Shown: in pieces, positions 1 to 7,303 of the stretch
Position numbering within the stretch: the stretch's first letter is position 1
Layout: each line of letters opens with the position of its first letter
DNA from: a virus
Lineage: Duplodnaviria > Heunggongvirae > Uroviricota > Caudoviricetes
Reading direction: 5' to 3' (one strand)
IMG/VR virus record: IMGVR_UViG_3300048998_000119
Location: 1 to 13,213 of that record
DNA length: 13,213 bases
Program-made: the position numbers and the translations under genes
Notes under the pieces: model-generated
What the model was told of the DNA's origin: nothing
The model's database searches: none
The model's input: only the letters and a program-made list of their open reading frames with translations

Positions 1-3000
1 ATGAAACTCTAGTTCTTTCTCTTGCAAATTTTCAAAGTCACTAGTGTATAACTTCTTGGCGGCCACCACATCAGGACGTTTATTGATGGCGTCGATGGTG
101 TTCATCTGAGCTTGCCAAGCTGGATCTTTGATTGCGCTCACACCGGGCTTCAACTTTGCTTTAGTGAAGTAATTCACTACGCTATCTAAAGCTCCAAATG
201 CGGAATCAAGTATTCCAGGCATCGGACGTGCGGTCTCCCTCAGCGCGTCGTCTGCGTCACTGTAGGCCCATTGAAGACTACGATCTTTGAGACGTGCAAG
301 CTTTTGAGCATAAGTCAGTTTATCCAGCGGATCTTCATATTCGACAGGCGACATCTCCATATCGCTTATAACTGTACCGTCGTTGTTCAGATTACCACTT
401 ACACGACCATCTGCTCGACCACCCTTGGCGAAAGCCGGGAGTGGCTTGCCGCCGTTGATGGCCTCGACCAGACCACGGTTTGCCGAGTACGACGCCGCGT
501 TGATCACAAATTCGCCGTTCGACAAACGCGCCAGCACCGAGTCGGAGGTGCCGGTACCTGGACCACGAACCTCGCCGCCCGTCGCCCTGGAGGCGGAGAC
601 AGCTTTGGTTGTGGGATCGGTCGCGGTCGCCTTATCGGGGACGGTGGGTTTGGCCTTGTCGGGAGCCGTGCCGCCCAGCCACGTGGGCAGAACAGAACGA
701 ATCTTATCGATGATGCCCAAGAACTTGTCCGGGAGCTTCTCGAAGAAGCCGATCGGATCCTTGATCGCCGCACTGATCTTATCGACGATGCTCGTGAAGA
801 CACTGCCGACCCAAGTGAACATAGCTTTGATGCTGTCCACAAAGGCTTGACCCACAGCGGTGATGGTGGCCCAATTGCTTACAATCAAGTAACCCACACC
901 GATGACCGCAGCAATTAGCGCCGCAGCGATCAACACAGGCCAACCCACAAGACCAGCAATAAAGGTCGCAGCCATAGTTACGCCGGTGATTACAGCACTC
1001 GCGAGGAAACCTACACCCGCAGCGGCAGCCGTGGCCGCGCCCGCAGCGATTGCACCGACACGCTGAATGGCCAAGAAGCCGTAGTACTGTGCACGGAAGG
1101 CAATCCAGTAAGCCAATGCCTTGGCACCTTCAAGTGCCGTTTGAGCAAGCTTGGTGCTCATGATCGATTTCAGAATCATCCCCGGAAGACCGAGGAAAAG
1201 GAAGCCGATGAACTGACCGGCGAGCGCACCCAGCATAGAGCCGAGGCCCTGACCGATGGCCATGCCGCCGAACTGATAGAAAACCTGCTTGAGCATAGGT
1301 ACAGGCAGAGAAGCGACAACAGTCTTGGCGAATTCCTGACCGGCCTTATCCAGATTGCCGATCTCGATTTTACCCGAGACGACATCCTTGGCTTGGTCTG
1401 AAGTTAGACGCTTGCCCTTGATCGTGACTTGATCGTTAGCCTGGAGTGCCTGCGCACCTTTGGCGTTACGATCGGTTTGGGCACGTTCGAGCGCCATATT
1501 GCCGACCTGCATGCCGACACCCGTGCCGACAGCACCGCCCACGAGCGTACCGAAATTCATCAGACCGCCCCTAATGGCTGCGCCCTGATCGCTGAACTTT
1601 TTGGCCGTTGCATCGGCGATGTCGCGAACCTTCTTGGCTCCAGCCAAAGCTGCACCGCCCGTTCGGTCACGATTGCCTTGCGCAGCAATAACAGCTGTAC
1701 GCTCATTCTGCACATTCTTCAACGCGTCATTGTGAGCGGGATCGGTGTAACCGGCTGGAAGCTGACCACTCGCCAAAGCAAGTTTGGCCGCGTTCTTACC
1801 CATCGGCGCACCCGCAGCGTTCATGGCGTTGGCGAGCTTATCGAGAGCAACCTCAAAGCGAAGCTTGGAAGTCTCAAGCGCGGTGTCCAGGCGACTTACG
1901 ACGCGGTTTGCACCACCTTCAGCAATCCTGGCGGAGACAACCTGACCGGCATAACCGACACGATTGGCCACAGCCTGACCGGCTTTACCCGGAGCAGTTG
2001 CGATGCCCATAGCCATCTTGGCGAAGTATTCACGACCAGCCTTAAACAGCAGAGAGAATTTGGCGATGAGCAGAAGGAAACCGAACGGATCCTTACTGAT
2101 CGGACCACCCATCAACAGACGGAAGCCCTTGTCAATCATATTGACGGCAAAGCTGGCGAGCTTGATGAACAGTTCATGCCACAAACGCTCATCGATGAAA
2201 CGAGCGCTGGAAGCCAAAGCGGCGGTTGTGAACAGAGAAATGACCACAGAACGAGTGGTGCCGCTCTTCATTGCGAGCATCAGACCACCAACCACCAAAG
2301 CGGTGATGCCTGCGGCGAGAGGAGCCTGCTTGTCGCGAGGAATATGAAGCTTATCCGCAAGCATAAAGCGGGTGTAGTTCTTGATGGCTACCTGACCGCT
2401 CATGGGATCCTGTTCACGGACCTTCATGTTGCCGTTGAAGAACTTATTCCCTGCGGCGAGTACCTTGTTTGCGCCTTCACGACCATCGTCGACTGTGTCA
2501 ACTGCGGCGTTCTTGACGGTGACTCCGACTTTACTCAGAGGTGCTTTGACGAACTTATCCACGGCGTCGGAGAGAACCCCGGTGCCCTTGGTGAAGATAT
2601 CCATCACGCTTTCGAGACCGTCGCCCTTGAGCAAGCTGAAGGCACCGTAACCGGCACCAGCCAACCCTGCGACTATGGCAAACTTCTTCAGCAGACCCAG
2701 ACCCGCATTCAGCGAACCAAACGGATTGATGCTGGCGAAGAGACCTGCGGCGACGGTGACAAACTTCTTGACAAACGACAAAGGTGCGCCGGTGAGCTTG
2801 CCGATCCAGCTGATGATACCTTCGACCAGATCAGGAATATACGAGTGACCGATGGTCACATCATACAACCACCAGAACCAGTGAGCGGCGGCTTGTGCCC
2901 AACTTTTGATCGTGTCGAGAGCCACACTCAGGTTCGGAATGAACTTATTGACGTCGATGTTCTTCAGACTGTTGAACAGCGTACCGATATACTGACCGAG

Positions 3001-4242
3001 ATTGATGTCTTTGAGTTTCATGATGCCCGCACGCACACCGTCGATGGCACCCTTGAAGAAGGAACCATAGTCGATCTGACTGAGCAGGTCACGGAACTTA
3101 CGGAAGTTGGTCAGAATATACTGGTTGGCTCTACCGATTGCGTCGGCGACACCCGCAGTCATACTGCTCTGCTTCAACCATGCGAGGAAGCTGAAGAACA
3201 TGCCACTGGAACCGTCGTAGACCGCGTTGGCGTAAGACATCAGCGTACCATACAAGGCAATCGCATAAGGCTTGACCGCTTCCACAACCATGCCGAACGC
3301 CTTGACGATACCTTCCGGACCGCTGGAAATTGCATCCCAGAGACCTTGGAAGAAGATCATCGTGCTGGCCACAAAATTGAAAGCCTTAGCTTCAGCCATG
3401 ACCAGATAGTAACCGAAGCTCTGAGCAAACTCACCGATTGCTTGAGCCCAACCGTTGATCACTTCGGCGAGACCGCCACCACTTGATCCCAGGAACGCCT
3501 TGCTGACCGCGCCGAACAGCAGAGTCAGAGAAGTTCCCATGTTGGTGAAGGCTTGCCCGAAGGTGACCTGCATGGTCTTGGCTTTGGCGTTGATCTCGTC
3601 ACTGGCGTGCAGAATACCTCGCAGCACGTCCTTGGTGAACAACTGACCGGCGTTCTTCATCTTCAGCAATTGCTGAACCGTTACGCCCATACCCTTGGCG
3701 ATCATCGCCGCAGTGTAAGGACCGTTCTCCATGATCGAGTTGAACTCGTCACCGTTCAAAACGTTCTTGGCCAGTGTCTGACCCAACTGCAGCATGACCG
3801 AGTTGGTCTCTTCGGCGTTTGCGCCGCTGACCTGAATGGACTGCGCCACGGCCTTAGTCGCAATGGCCACCTGCTGCTGGCTCATACCCAGCGCAGAAGA
3901 GTTTAGCTGGAACTTGGAATAGAGCGAACTCACACCTTCCAGCCGAGAGTGAGTGTCGAGTGCGATCTTCCCGACCATGTAGAGGGCGTTCTTTGCCTCG
4001 ACCTGGCTCTTGGTGAACACAGACACACGGTTGGTGACCTGCGTCATAGTGTCGGAAAGATGCATAAACCCTGAGATTGCACCATACAAAGCACCGCCGA
4101 ACGCGAGCGCCTTGCCGAAGCTGTACATTTTGGTCGTCAAACTCTGCGCGGCACCTTGAATGCCTTGCACAGATTCTCTTAGCTGGCTGAGATCCTTGCG
4201 TGCTTGCGCGGAGTCAGACAGCGTCTGAATTACAATTGCCAT
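1..4242 (-). CDS. Tail tape measure protein, 3'-truncated by the window edge (>=1414 aa)
   Basis: Not in the ORF track. ATG at 4242 is preceded by GGAG (TTTGGAGTTCAT-ATG). I translated 4242-2701, 1620-1 and the remainder via the codon-aligned antisense ORF, and the frame stays open to base 1. The N-terminus MAIVIQTLSDSAQARKDL...LQLGQTLAKNVLNGDEFNSIMENGPYTAAMIAKGMGVTVQQL matches the tape-measure N-terminal domain pattern. Internal WLYDVTIGHSYIPDLVEGI and ATGGEVRGPGTGTSDSVLARLSNGEFVINAA...FAKGG are motifs typical of TMPs. Ala/Gly-rich, and located after the tail chaperones. Confidence 0.95.
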   Translation of the reverse strand, partial: MAIVIQTLSDSAQARKDLSQLRESVQGIQGAAQSLTTKMYSFGKALAFGGALYGAISGFMHLSDTMTQVTNRVSVFTKSQVEAKNALYMVGKIALDTHSRLEGVSSLYSKFQLNSSALGMSQQQVAIATKAVAQSIQVSGANAEETNSVMLQLGQTLAKNVLNGDEFNSIMENGPYTAAMIAKGMGVTVQQLLKMKNAGQLFTKDVLRGILHASDEINAKAKTMQVTFGQAFTNMGTSLTLLFGAVSKAFLGSSGGGLAEVINGWAQAIGEFAQSFGYYLVMAEAKAFNFVASTMIFFQGLWDAISSGPEGIVKAFGMVVEAVKPYAIALYGTLMSYANAVYDGSSGMFFSFLAWLKQSSMTAGVADAIGRANQYILTNFRKFRDLLSQIDYGSFFKGAIDGVRAGIMKLKDINLGQYIGTLFNSLKNIDVNKFIPNLSVALDTIKSWAQAAAHWFWWLYDVTIGHSYIPDLVEGIISWIGKLTGAPLSFVKKFVTVAAGLFASINPFGSLNAGLGLLKKFAIVAGLAGAGYGAFSLLKGDGLESVMDIFTKGTGVLSDAVDKFVKAPLSKVGVTVKNAAVDTVDDGREGANKVLAAGNKFFNGNMKVREQDPMSGQVAIKNYTRFMLADKLHIPRDKQAPLAAGITALVVGGLMLAMKSGTTRSVVISLFTTAALASSARFIDERLWHELFIKLASFAVNMIDKGFRLLMGGPISKDPFGFLLLIAKFSLLFKAGREYFAKMAMGIATAPGKAGQAVANRVGYAGQVVSARIAEGGANRVVSRLDTALETSKLRFEVALDKLANAMNAAGAPMGKNAAKLALASGQLPAGYTDPAHNDALKNVQNERTAVIAAQGNRDRTGGAALAGAKKVRDIADATAKKFSDQGAAIRGGLMNFGTLVGGAVGTGVGMQVGNMALERAQTDRNAKGAQALQANDQVTIKGKRLTSDQAKDVVSGKIEIGNLDKAGQEFAKTVVASLPVPMLKQVFYQFGGMAIGQGLGSMLGALAGQFIGFLFLGLPGMILKSIMSTKLAQTALEGAKALAYWIAFRAQYYGFLAIQRVGAIAAGAATAAAAGVGFLASAVITGVTMAATFIAGLVGWPVLIAAALIAAVIGVGYLIVSNWATITAVGQAFVDSIKAMFTWVGSVFTSIVDKISAAIKDPIGFFEKLPDKFLGIIDKIRSVLPTWLGGTAPDKAKPTVPDKATATDPTTKAVSASRATGGEVRGPGTGTSDSVLARLSNGEFVINAASYSANRGLVEAINGGKPLPAFAKGGRADGRVSGNLNNDGTVISDMEMSPVEYEDPLDKLTYAQKLARLKDRSLQWAYSDADDALRETARPMPGILDSAFGALDSVVNYFTKAKLKPGVSAIKDPAWQAQMNTIDAINKRPDVVAAKKLYTSDFENLQEKELEFH

Positions 4243-4251
4243 ATGAACTCC

Positions 4252-4287
4252 AAATTAAAAACCCAGGATCTGTTAGGACCCTGGGTT
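4252..4287 (-). terminator. Putative intrinsic terminator/attenuator immediately upstream of the tape measure RBS
   Basis: Minus-strand RNA AACCCAGGGUC-CUAACA-GAUCCUGGGUU (11-bp stem with one G-U pair, 6-nt loop) runs into UUUUUAAUUU. It overlaps the stop codon of the gp10-like gene. Confidence 0.7.
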
Positions 4288-4608
4288 CGAATGCATTACC
4301 GTGACGATAGAGCCAATCGGTTTGCCAAAACGTAAAGCTATCGATTCGATAAAGAACGAGGGCGCCTGTCTCGAAGAGCCCCTGTCCAAATATTCTATGT
4401 AGCTTGCATCATTCAGTACTCGAAACTTCGGGAATGATCCTTCAATTTTCCAGCGCGACTTGGCGTAGCCAGTGTCGACCGGAGTTGCTGCTTCCAACAG
4501 CAAGAGCATGTTAGCCAATCGGCTCTTCATTTCTGCTTCAGTCAGGGTGTGAACCTGATTATATACGTTTTTGAAAGTTTCTTCGACACCTTTAAAGACC
4601 ATCTTCAT
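4273..4608 (-). CDS. HK97 gp10-like tail completion/neck protein (111 aa)
   Basis: Contains TPVDTGYAKSRW...NDASYIEYLDRGSSRQAP, the pattern typical of HK97-gp10-like proteins. Start moved from the track's GTG at 4644 to ATG 4608, which follows the upstream TAA by 1 nt and has AGGA 8 nt upstream. Confidence 0.8.
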   Translation of the reverse strand: MKMVFKGVEETFKNVYNQVHTLTEAEMKSRLANMLLLLEAATPVDTGYAKSRWKIEGSFPKFRVLNDASYIEYLDRGSSRQAPSFFIESIALRFGKPIGSIVTVMHSNPGS

Positions 4609-4609
4609 A

Positions 4610-4960
4610 TTAGAGATCCTGTAAGATTTCGAGTTTGTCTCCACCTTTTGCGTTCATCATCATGGCATGCAAGAAGGATCCAGCCTGCGGGACCGGATTG
4701 GTTGTGGCCTTGGAGCGATGCTCCTTCATAATGGCCAGAGACGAGAAGAGTTGTTCGGGGTTAGATTTAACACCCGCAGCCCTCAAGAGTTTAAACGTAC
4801 GGTCGTCATCCCTCCAGCCTATGGGTCGTTGATCGAAGTATTCCAACCAGAGAGCGTACTCCTGATAAGACATATTCTCCAACAACTCATAGACCGGTGT
4901 TCTGAGAGCGAGCGCCAACTCAAAGATGGGCAACAACTCCGAGGTTAATGTCAGCGCGCC
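4610..4960 (-). CDS. Tail assembly chaperone C-terminal extension (lambda gpT-like), most likely translated only as a -1 frameshift fusion to the upstream chaperone (about 223-aa product)
   Basis: The reading frame is open from the slippery site at 4966-4960 (GALTLTSELLPIFELALALRTPVYELLENMSYQEYALWLEYFDQRPIGW...). The track's TTG start at 4936 has GGAG directly abutting it, too close to work as an RBS. The sequence resembles gpT-like segments (LALALxxPVxELxxxMSxxExxxWxxY). Confidence 0.8.
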   Translation of the reverse strand, partial: GALTLTSELLPIFELALALRTPVYELLENMSYQEYALWLEYFDQRPIGWRDDDRTFKLLRAAGVKSNPEQLFSSLAIMKEHRSKATTNPVPQAGSFLHAMMMNAKGGDKLEILQDL

Positions 4961-5280
4961 TTTGGGTCCATACCCGCGTAAGCCAGGACGGCGTCGGACA
5001 GCTTGTTCAGATCATCCATCGGGAAGTTCTGGAAGTCATCGTCGGTGAAGTCGGCTGCGGACGGTACGCCCATGCGAATGACATTCTGCAGCAGTTCGAA
5101 ACCCTTCTCCGGATTCTCAGGAGTAAGATCCTTCGCCTGCTTCTGAATTTCGGTGCACTCTGCGAGAGTGAGCTTGTTGATTTCAATCCGGGTGCCCGCA
5201 AACGGAACGACCTTGGTCTGACGACGATTGATGAGCTCGCGCAGATTGGTGACAACGTTGGGCTTCTTGATATCAGCCAT
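4951..5280 (-). CDS. Tail assembly chaperone (gpG-like, 109 aa)
   Basis: Small acidic helical protein between the tail tube and tape measure genes. It has an AAGGA RBS and ends in a slippery heptamer. Confidence 0.82.
   Translation of the reverse strand: MADIKKPNVVTNLRELINRRQTKVVPFAGTRIEINKLTLAECTEIQKQAKDLTPENPEKGFELLQNVIRMGVPSAADFTDDDFQNFPMDDLNKLSDAVLAYAGMDPKAR
4960..4966 (-). promoter_or_regulatory. Programmed -1 ribosomal frameshift slippery heptamer C CCA AAG
   Basis: X XXY YYZ heptamer in the correct phase (GAC CCA AAG) two codons before the chaperone TGA. A -1 slip enters the downstream open frame. This is the same arrangement as lambda G/GT (G GGA AAG). Confidence 0.85.
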
Positions 5281-5503
5281 GTGAATTTTCCTTGAAATTT
5301 GCTGCCTGGAAATCGTCCAGGTTCTTACGTAGATCGTGCAATACCATCAGCGTGTACATGACTTCCTTGGAGAGATCAGGGTCATCCTTGAACTCTTTCC
5401 AACGATCATTGGTCTTGCGAATACTGATGTCGATACTTCTGCGAATATGCTTGGCCGTAGCCTTTAGCACGTAATCGCGTGTGAATGGCTGTTTGTCGGC
5501 CAC
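5273..5503 (-). CDS. Hypothetical protein (76 aa)
   Basis: GTG start with CAAGGA 7 nt upstream. The stop overlaps the next start by 8 nt (CATGGCTGA), as for other genes of this operon. No motif recognised. Confidence 0.75.
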   Translation of the reverse strand: MADKQPFTRDYVLKATAKHIRRSIDISIRKTNDRWKEFKDDPDLSKEVMYTLMVLHDLRKNLDDFQAANFKENSHG

Positions 5504-5520
5504 TTAGTTATCCTTGATAG

Positions 5521-5546
5521 GAGGGAGGAGCCGAAACCCCTCCCTC
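5521..5546 (-). other. Stable RNA hairpin directly after the major tail protein stop (no U-tract)
   Basis: Minus-strand RNA GAGGGAGG-GGU-UUCG-GCU-CCUCCCUC: 8 Watson-Crick pairs plus 3 more (two wobble) closing a UUCG loop. It is followed by CUAUCAAGGA, not poly-U. Confidence 0.7.
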
Positions 5547-5552
5547 TGTAAA

Positions 5553-6137
5553 TCAGACAGTGAACGCGCCGTAAAGCTCGCTCAGCATCGAGATCGTCAG
5601 CGTGGCCTGATTCGCATCAGTCAGCTGAGGATTGTAGACGAGCGCCTCAACCTTACCGGTGAAGTAGAACTCCGAGTTCGGCACAGTGCCGAGACCAGTG
5701 CTCTTCGACTCGAATGAGGTGGGCGGGGAGTTCAGCATCGCGAAGCGGAAGGCACGGACGACGCCGTCGCCAACCATGCTGCCGAGAAGCTGCGTTGCGC
5801 CCTTGGCCCAGTCCGCTGCAACATAATTGAGGGTGAGCTCAATCGAAGGTGCGTCGGCCTGACCCTGTACCTGCGAACTCGTGCGTGCGCCGAAACGAGG
5901 CACGTTGACGATGTTGGCCGGAATACCGAGCGACGGGAACTCACGAACGTTCTGAATACGAATGAACGTACCAGCCGCTTCCGTGCCGCCGACTGCGGTG
6001 ATCTCAGTCGCGAAAGCCGCAACGAAAAGAGCCTCGGTGTTCATCGCCGTAATCTGAGCGGCGGTGAGATCCGTGGCAGGAGAGGCTACCGACATATCCG
6101 AGAACATGCCAGCGCCAATCGAAGTAAGATGCGCCAT
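5553..6137 (-). CDS. Major tail (tube) protein (194 aa)
   Basis: VREFPSLGIPANIVNVPRFGARTSSQVQGQADAPSIELTLNY and a C-terminal FYFTGKVEALVYNPQLTDANQATLTIS resemble siphovirus tube proteins. Canonical position, GGAG RBS, TAATG overlap, strongly biased codons and a downstream hairpin. Confidence 0.88.
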   Translation of the reverse strand: MAHLTSIGAGMFSDMSVASPATDLTAAQITAMNTEALFVAAFATEITAVGGTEAAGTFIRIQNVREFPSLGIPANIVNVPRFGARTSSQVQGQADAPSIELTLNYVAADWAKGATQLLGSMVGDGVVRAFRFAMLNSPPTSFESKSTGLGTVPNSEFYFTGKVEALVYNPQLTDANQATLTISMLSELYGAFTV

Positions 6138-6529
6138 TAATTCACTCCAAAATGAGAATAGGGCAGGGAATAAATAACACGCGCCACTGATGGGTTGTCT
6201 TTATCACGTTCCTGCCGGTCAAGCGATGAGTTGAACAGCTGTGTTCTTCCCACCGACTTGTGCTGTAAATACTTATCCAGCGTATCCGCCAATTCGGAGG
6301 CGGGCTTTGGCCCTAAACCCCAAGCGGTGTATATTTCTACCAGCAACACTCCGGAACTGGATGCAGCGTTGAGTGGGGGTCCACTTGGGACGATGGTAAA
6401 GAGGAGGTATGGCGGAGGGCCTTTCTCAACTTCAACTGATCGTGGATAAATCGCGACGTGCTCTTCTTCCCAAGCAGCAGACGCAAAGATCGAAAAGATA
6501 TCGTTCTCACAACCTACGTACTTACCCAT
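6137..6529 (-). CDS. Probable tail terminator protein (130 aa)
   Basis: Assigned by position immediately before the tube gene, size, and the pattern (PYLLFTIVP...GVLLVEIYTAWGLG...ELADTL) typical of gpU/gp17-like proteins. Start moved to ATG 6529, which has a perfect GGAGGT RBS; the track start at 6559 is unlikely. Confidence 0.68.
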   Translation of the reverse strand: MGKYVGCENDIFSIFASAAWEEEHVAIYPRSVEVEKGPPPYLLFTIVPSGPPLNAASSSGVLLVEIYTAWGLGPKPASELADTLDKYLQHKSVGRTQLFNSSLDRQERDKDNPSVARVIYSLPYSHFGVN

Positions 6530-6854
6530 GGTACACCTCCACAATTTGTGTGTAGCCATTGTCTACTATGGTTTGACCGAGAGTCCACTCCTGACCGTCC
6601 ATAGTAACTTTGTCGAAGAGATCGAGTTGATCTATCCTCTGAATCAGCAATTGCCGTTTGACCATGTCGAGCTTCTGGGTGGTACTCACAACTAGTGCTT
6701 TTGCAGGAGTCACTTTGTCTTTGGCTGAGACACTACCACTCTTGTAGTCAAACTTCTGTTCGCTTTTCAAATGAAAAACAACGTCGATCTGCAGAGAGAC
6801 CGTCTTCTTGAAAACAGCAGTGAGCTGTTTGCCGATCAGCTTTCCATAATCCAT
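6522..6854 (-). CDS. Probable head-closure/head-tail joining protein (110 aa)
   Basis: Beta-rich small protein between adaptor and terminator (FDYKSGSV...DKVTMDGQEWTL). Start moved to ATG 6854, a TAATG overlap with GGAG upstream. The function is assigned mainly from synteny. Confidence 0.62.
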   Translation of the reverse strand: MDYGKLIGKQLTAVFKKTVSLQIDVVFHLKSEQKFDYKSGSVSAKDKVTPAKALVVSTTQKLDMVKRQLLIQRIDQLDLFDKVTMDGQEWTLGQTIVDNGYTQIVEVYHG

Positions 6855-7297
6855 TAGTTGGCTCTCCACCAACTCCCTGCACCCGTCAAGATGCCACTCG
6901 AACGAGTATAGGGACCGATGTATCGCATCACGATCTTTGGGATCAGAGCTACGACGCCGAGGTTTTCCAGATGGATCGGACCCACGACAAGCGTTTGAAC
7001 CGTCTCGTCCTCCTGCAGCACACCGGGATTCACAAGCAGATGAATAGCCTGCTCGTAAAGTGCCCAGAGAACCATAGTGGGGGTTGACAGTGTTCTGCCG
7101 TCGAGGTAACGCGGGAAAGCCGCCGCAGAATAGTAAGGTCTACCTTCCCATTCCATGGCGTTGAGTAGATTGGCGGCGGTGACGAGAGCAGCTTTCTTGC
7201 CGTCCTCATCACCGTTCGTCCAAGCCTCGCTGTTTAGGCGAGTCAAGAAATAGGCGTCCGCATCATCGACAGTTGCGTCTGTGATTACGATCGCCAT
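6854..7297 (-). CDS. Head-tail adaptor/connector (often annotated 'DnaT-like'), 147 aa
   Basis: TVDDADAYFLTRLNSEAW...KKAALVTAANLLNAMEWEG...AFPR is the ADAY...W...K.AAL..A...W.G...PR pattern of adaptors encoded directly after major capsid genes. Confidence 0.8.
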   Translation of the reverse strand: MAIVITDATVDDADAYFLTRLNSEAWTNGDEDGKKAALVTAANLLNAMEWEGRPYYSAAAFPRYLDGRTLSTPTMVLWALYEQAIHLLVNPGVLQEDETVQTLVVGPIHLENLGVVALIPKIVMRYIGPYTRSSGILTGAGSWWRAN

Positions 7298-7303
7298 AGC
7301 AGA

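Noticed and set aside
1429-3486. 685-aa plus-strand ORF (also 271..918, 383..850, 1141..1401, 3553..3906 and other small ORFs over the TMP)
   Set aside because: The long ones are codon-aligned antisense shadows of the tape measure gene, which rarely uses TTA/CTA/TCA. The translations are atypical (rich in His, Cys, Arg) and have no RBS or motifs.
6854-7297. Replication function (DnaT) for the post-capsid gene
   Set aside because: The family is often labelled DnaT-like, but its position between capsid and head-closure genes and its size indicate a head-tail adaptor.
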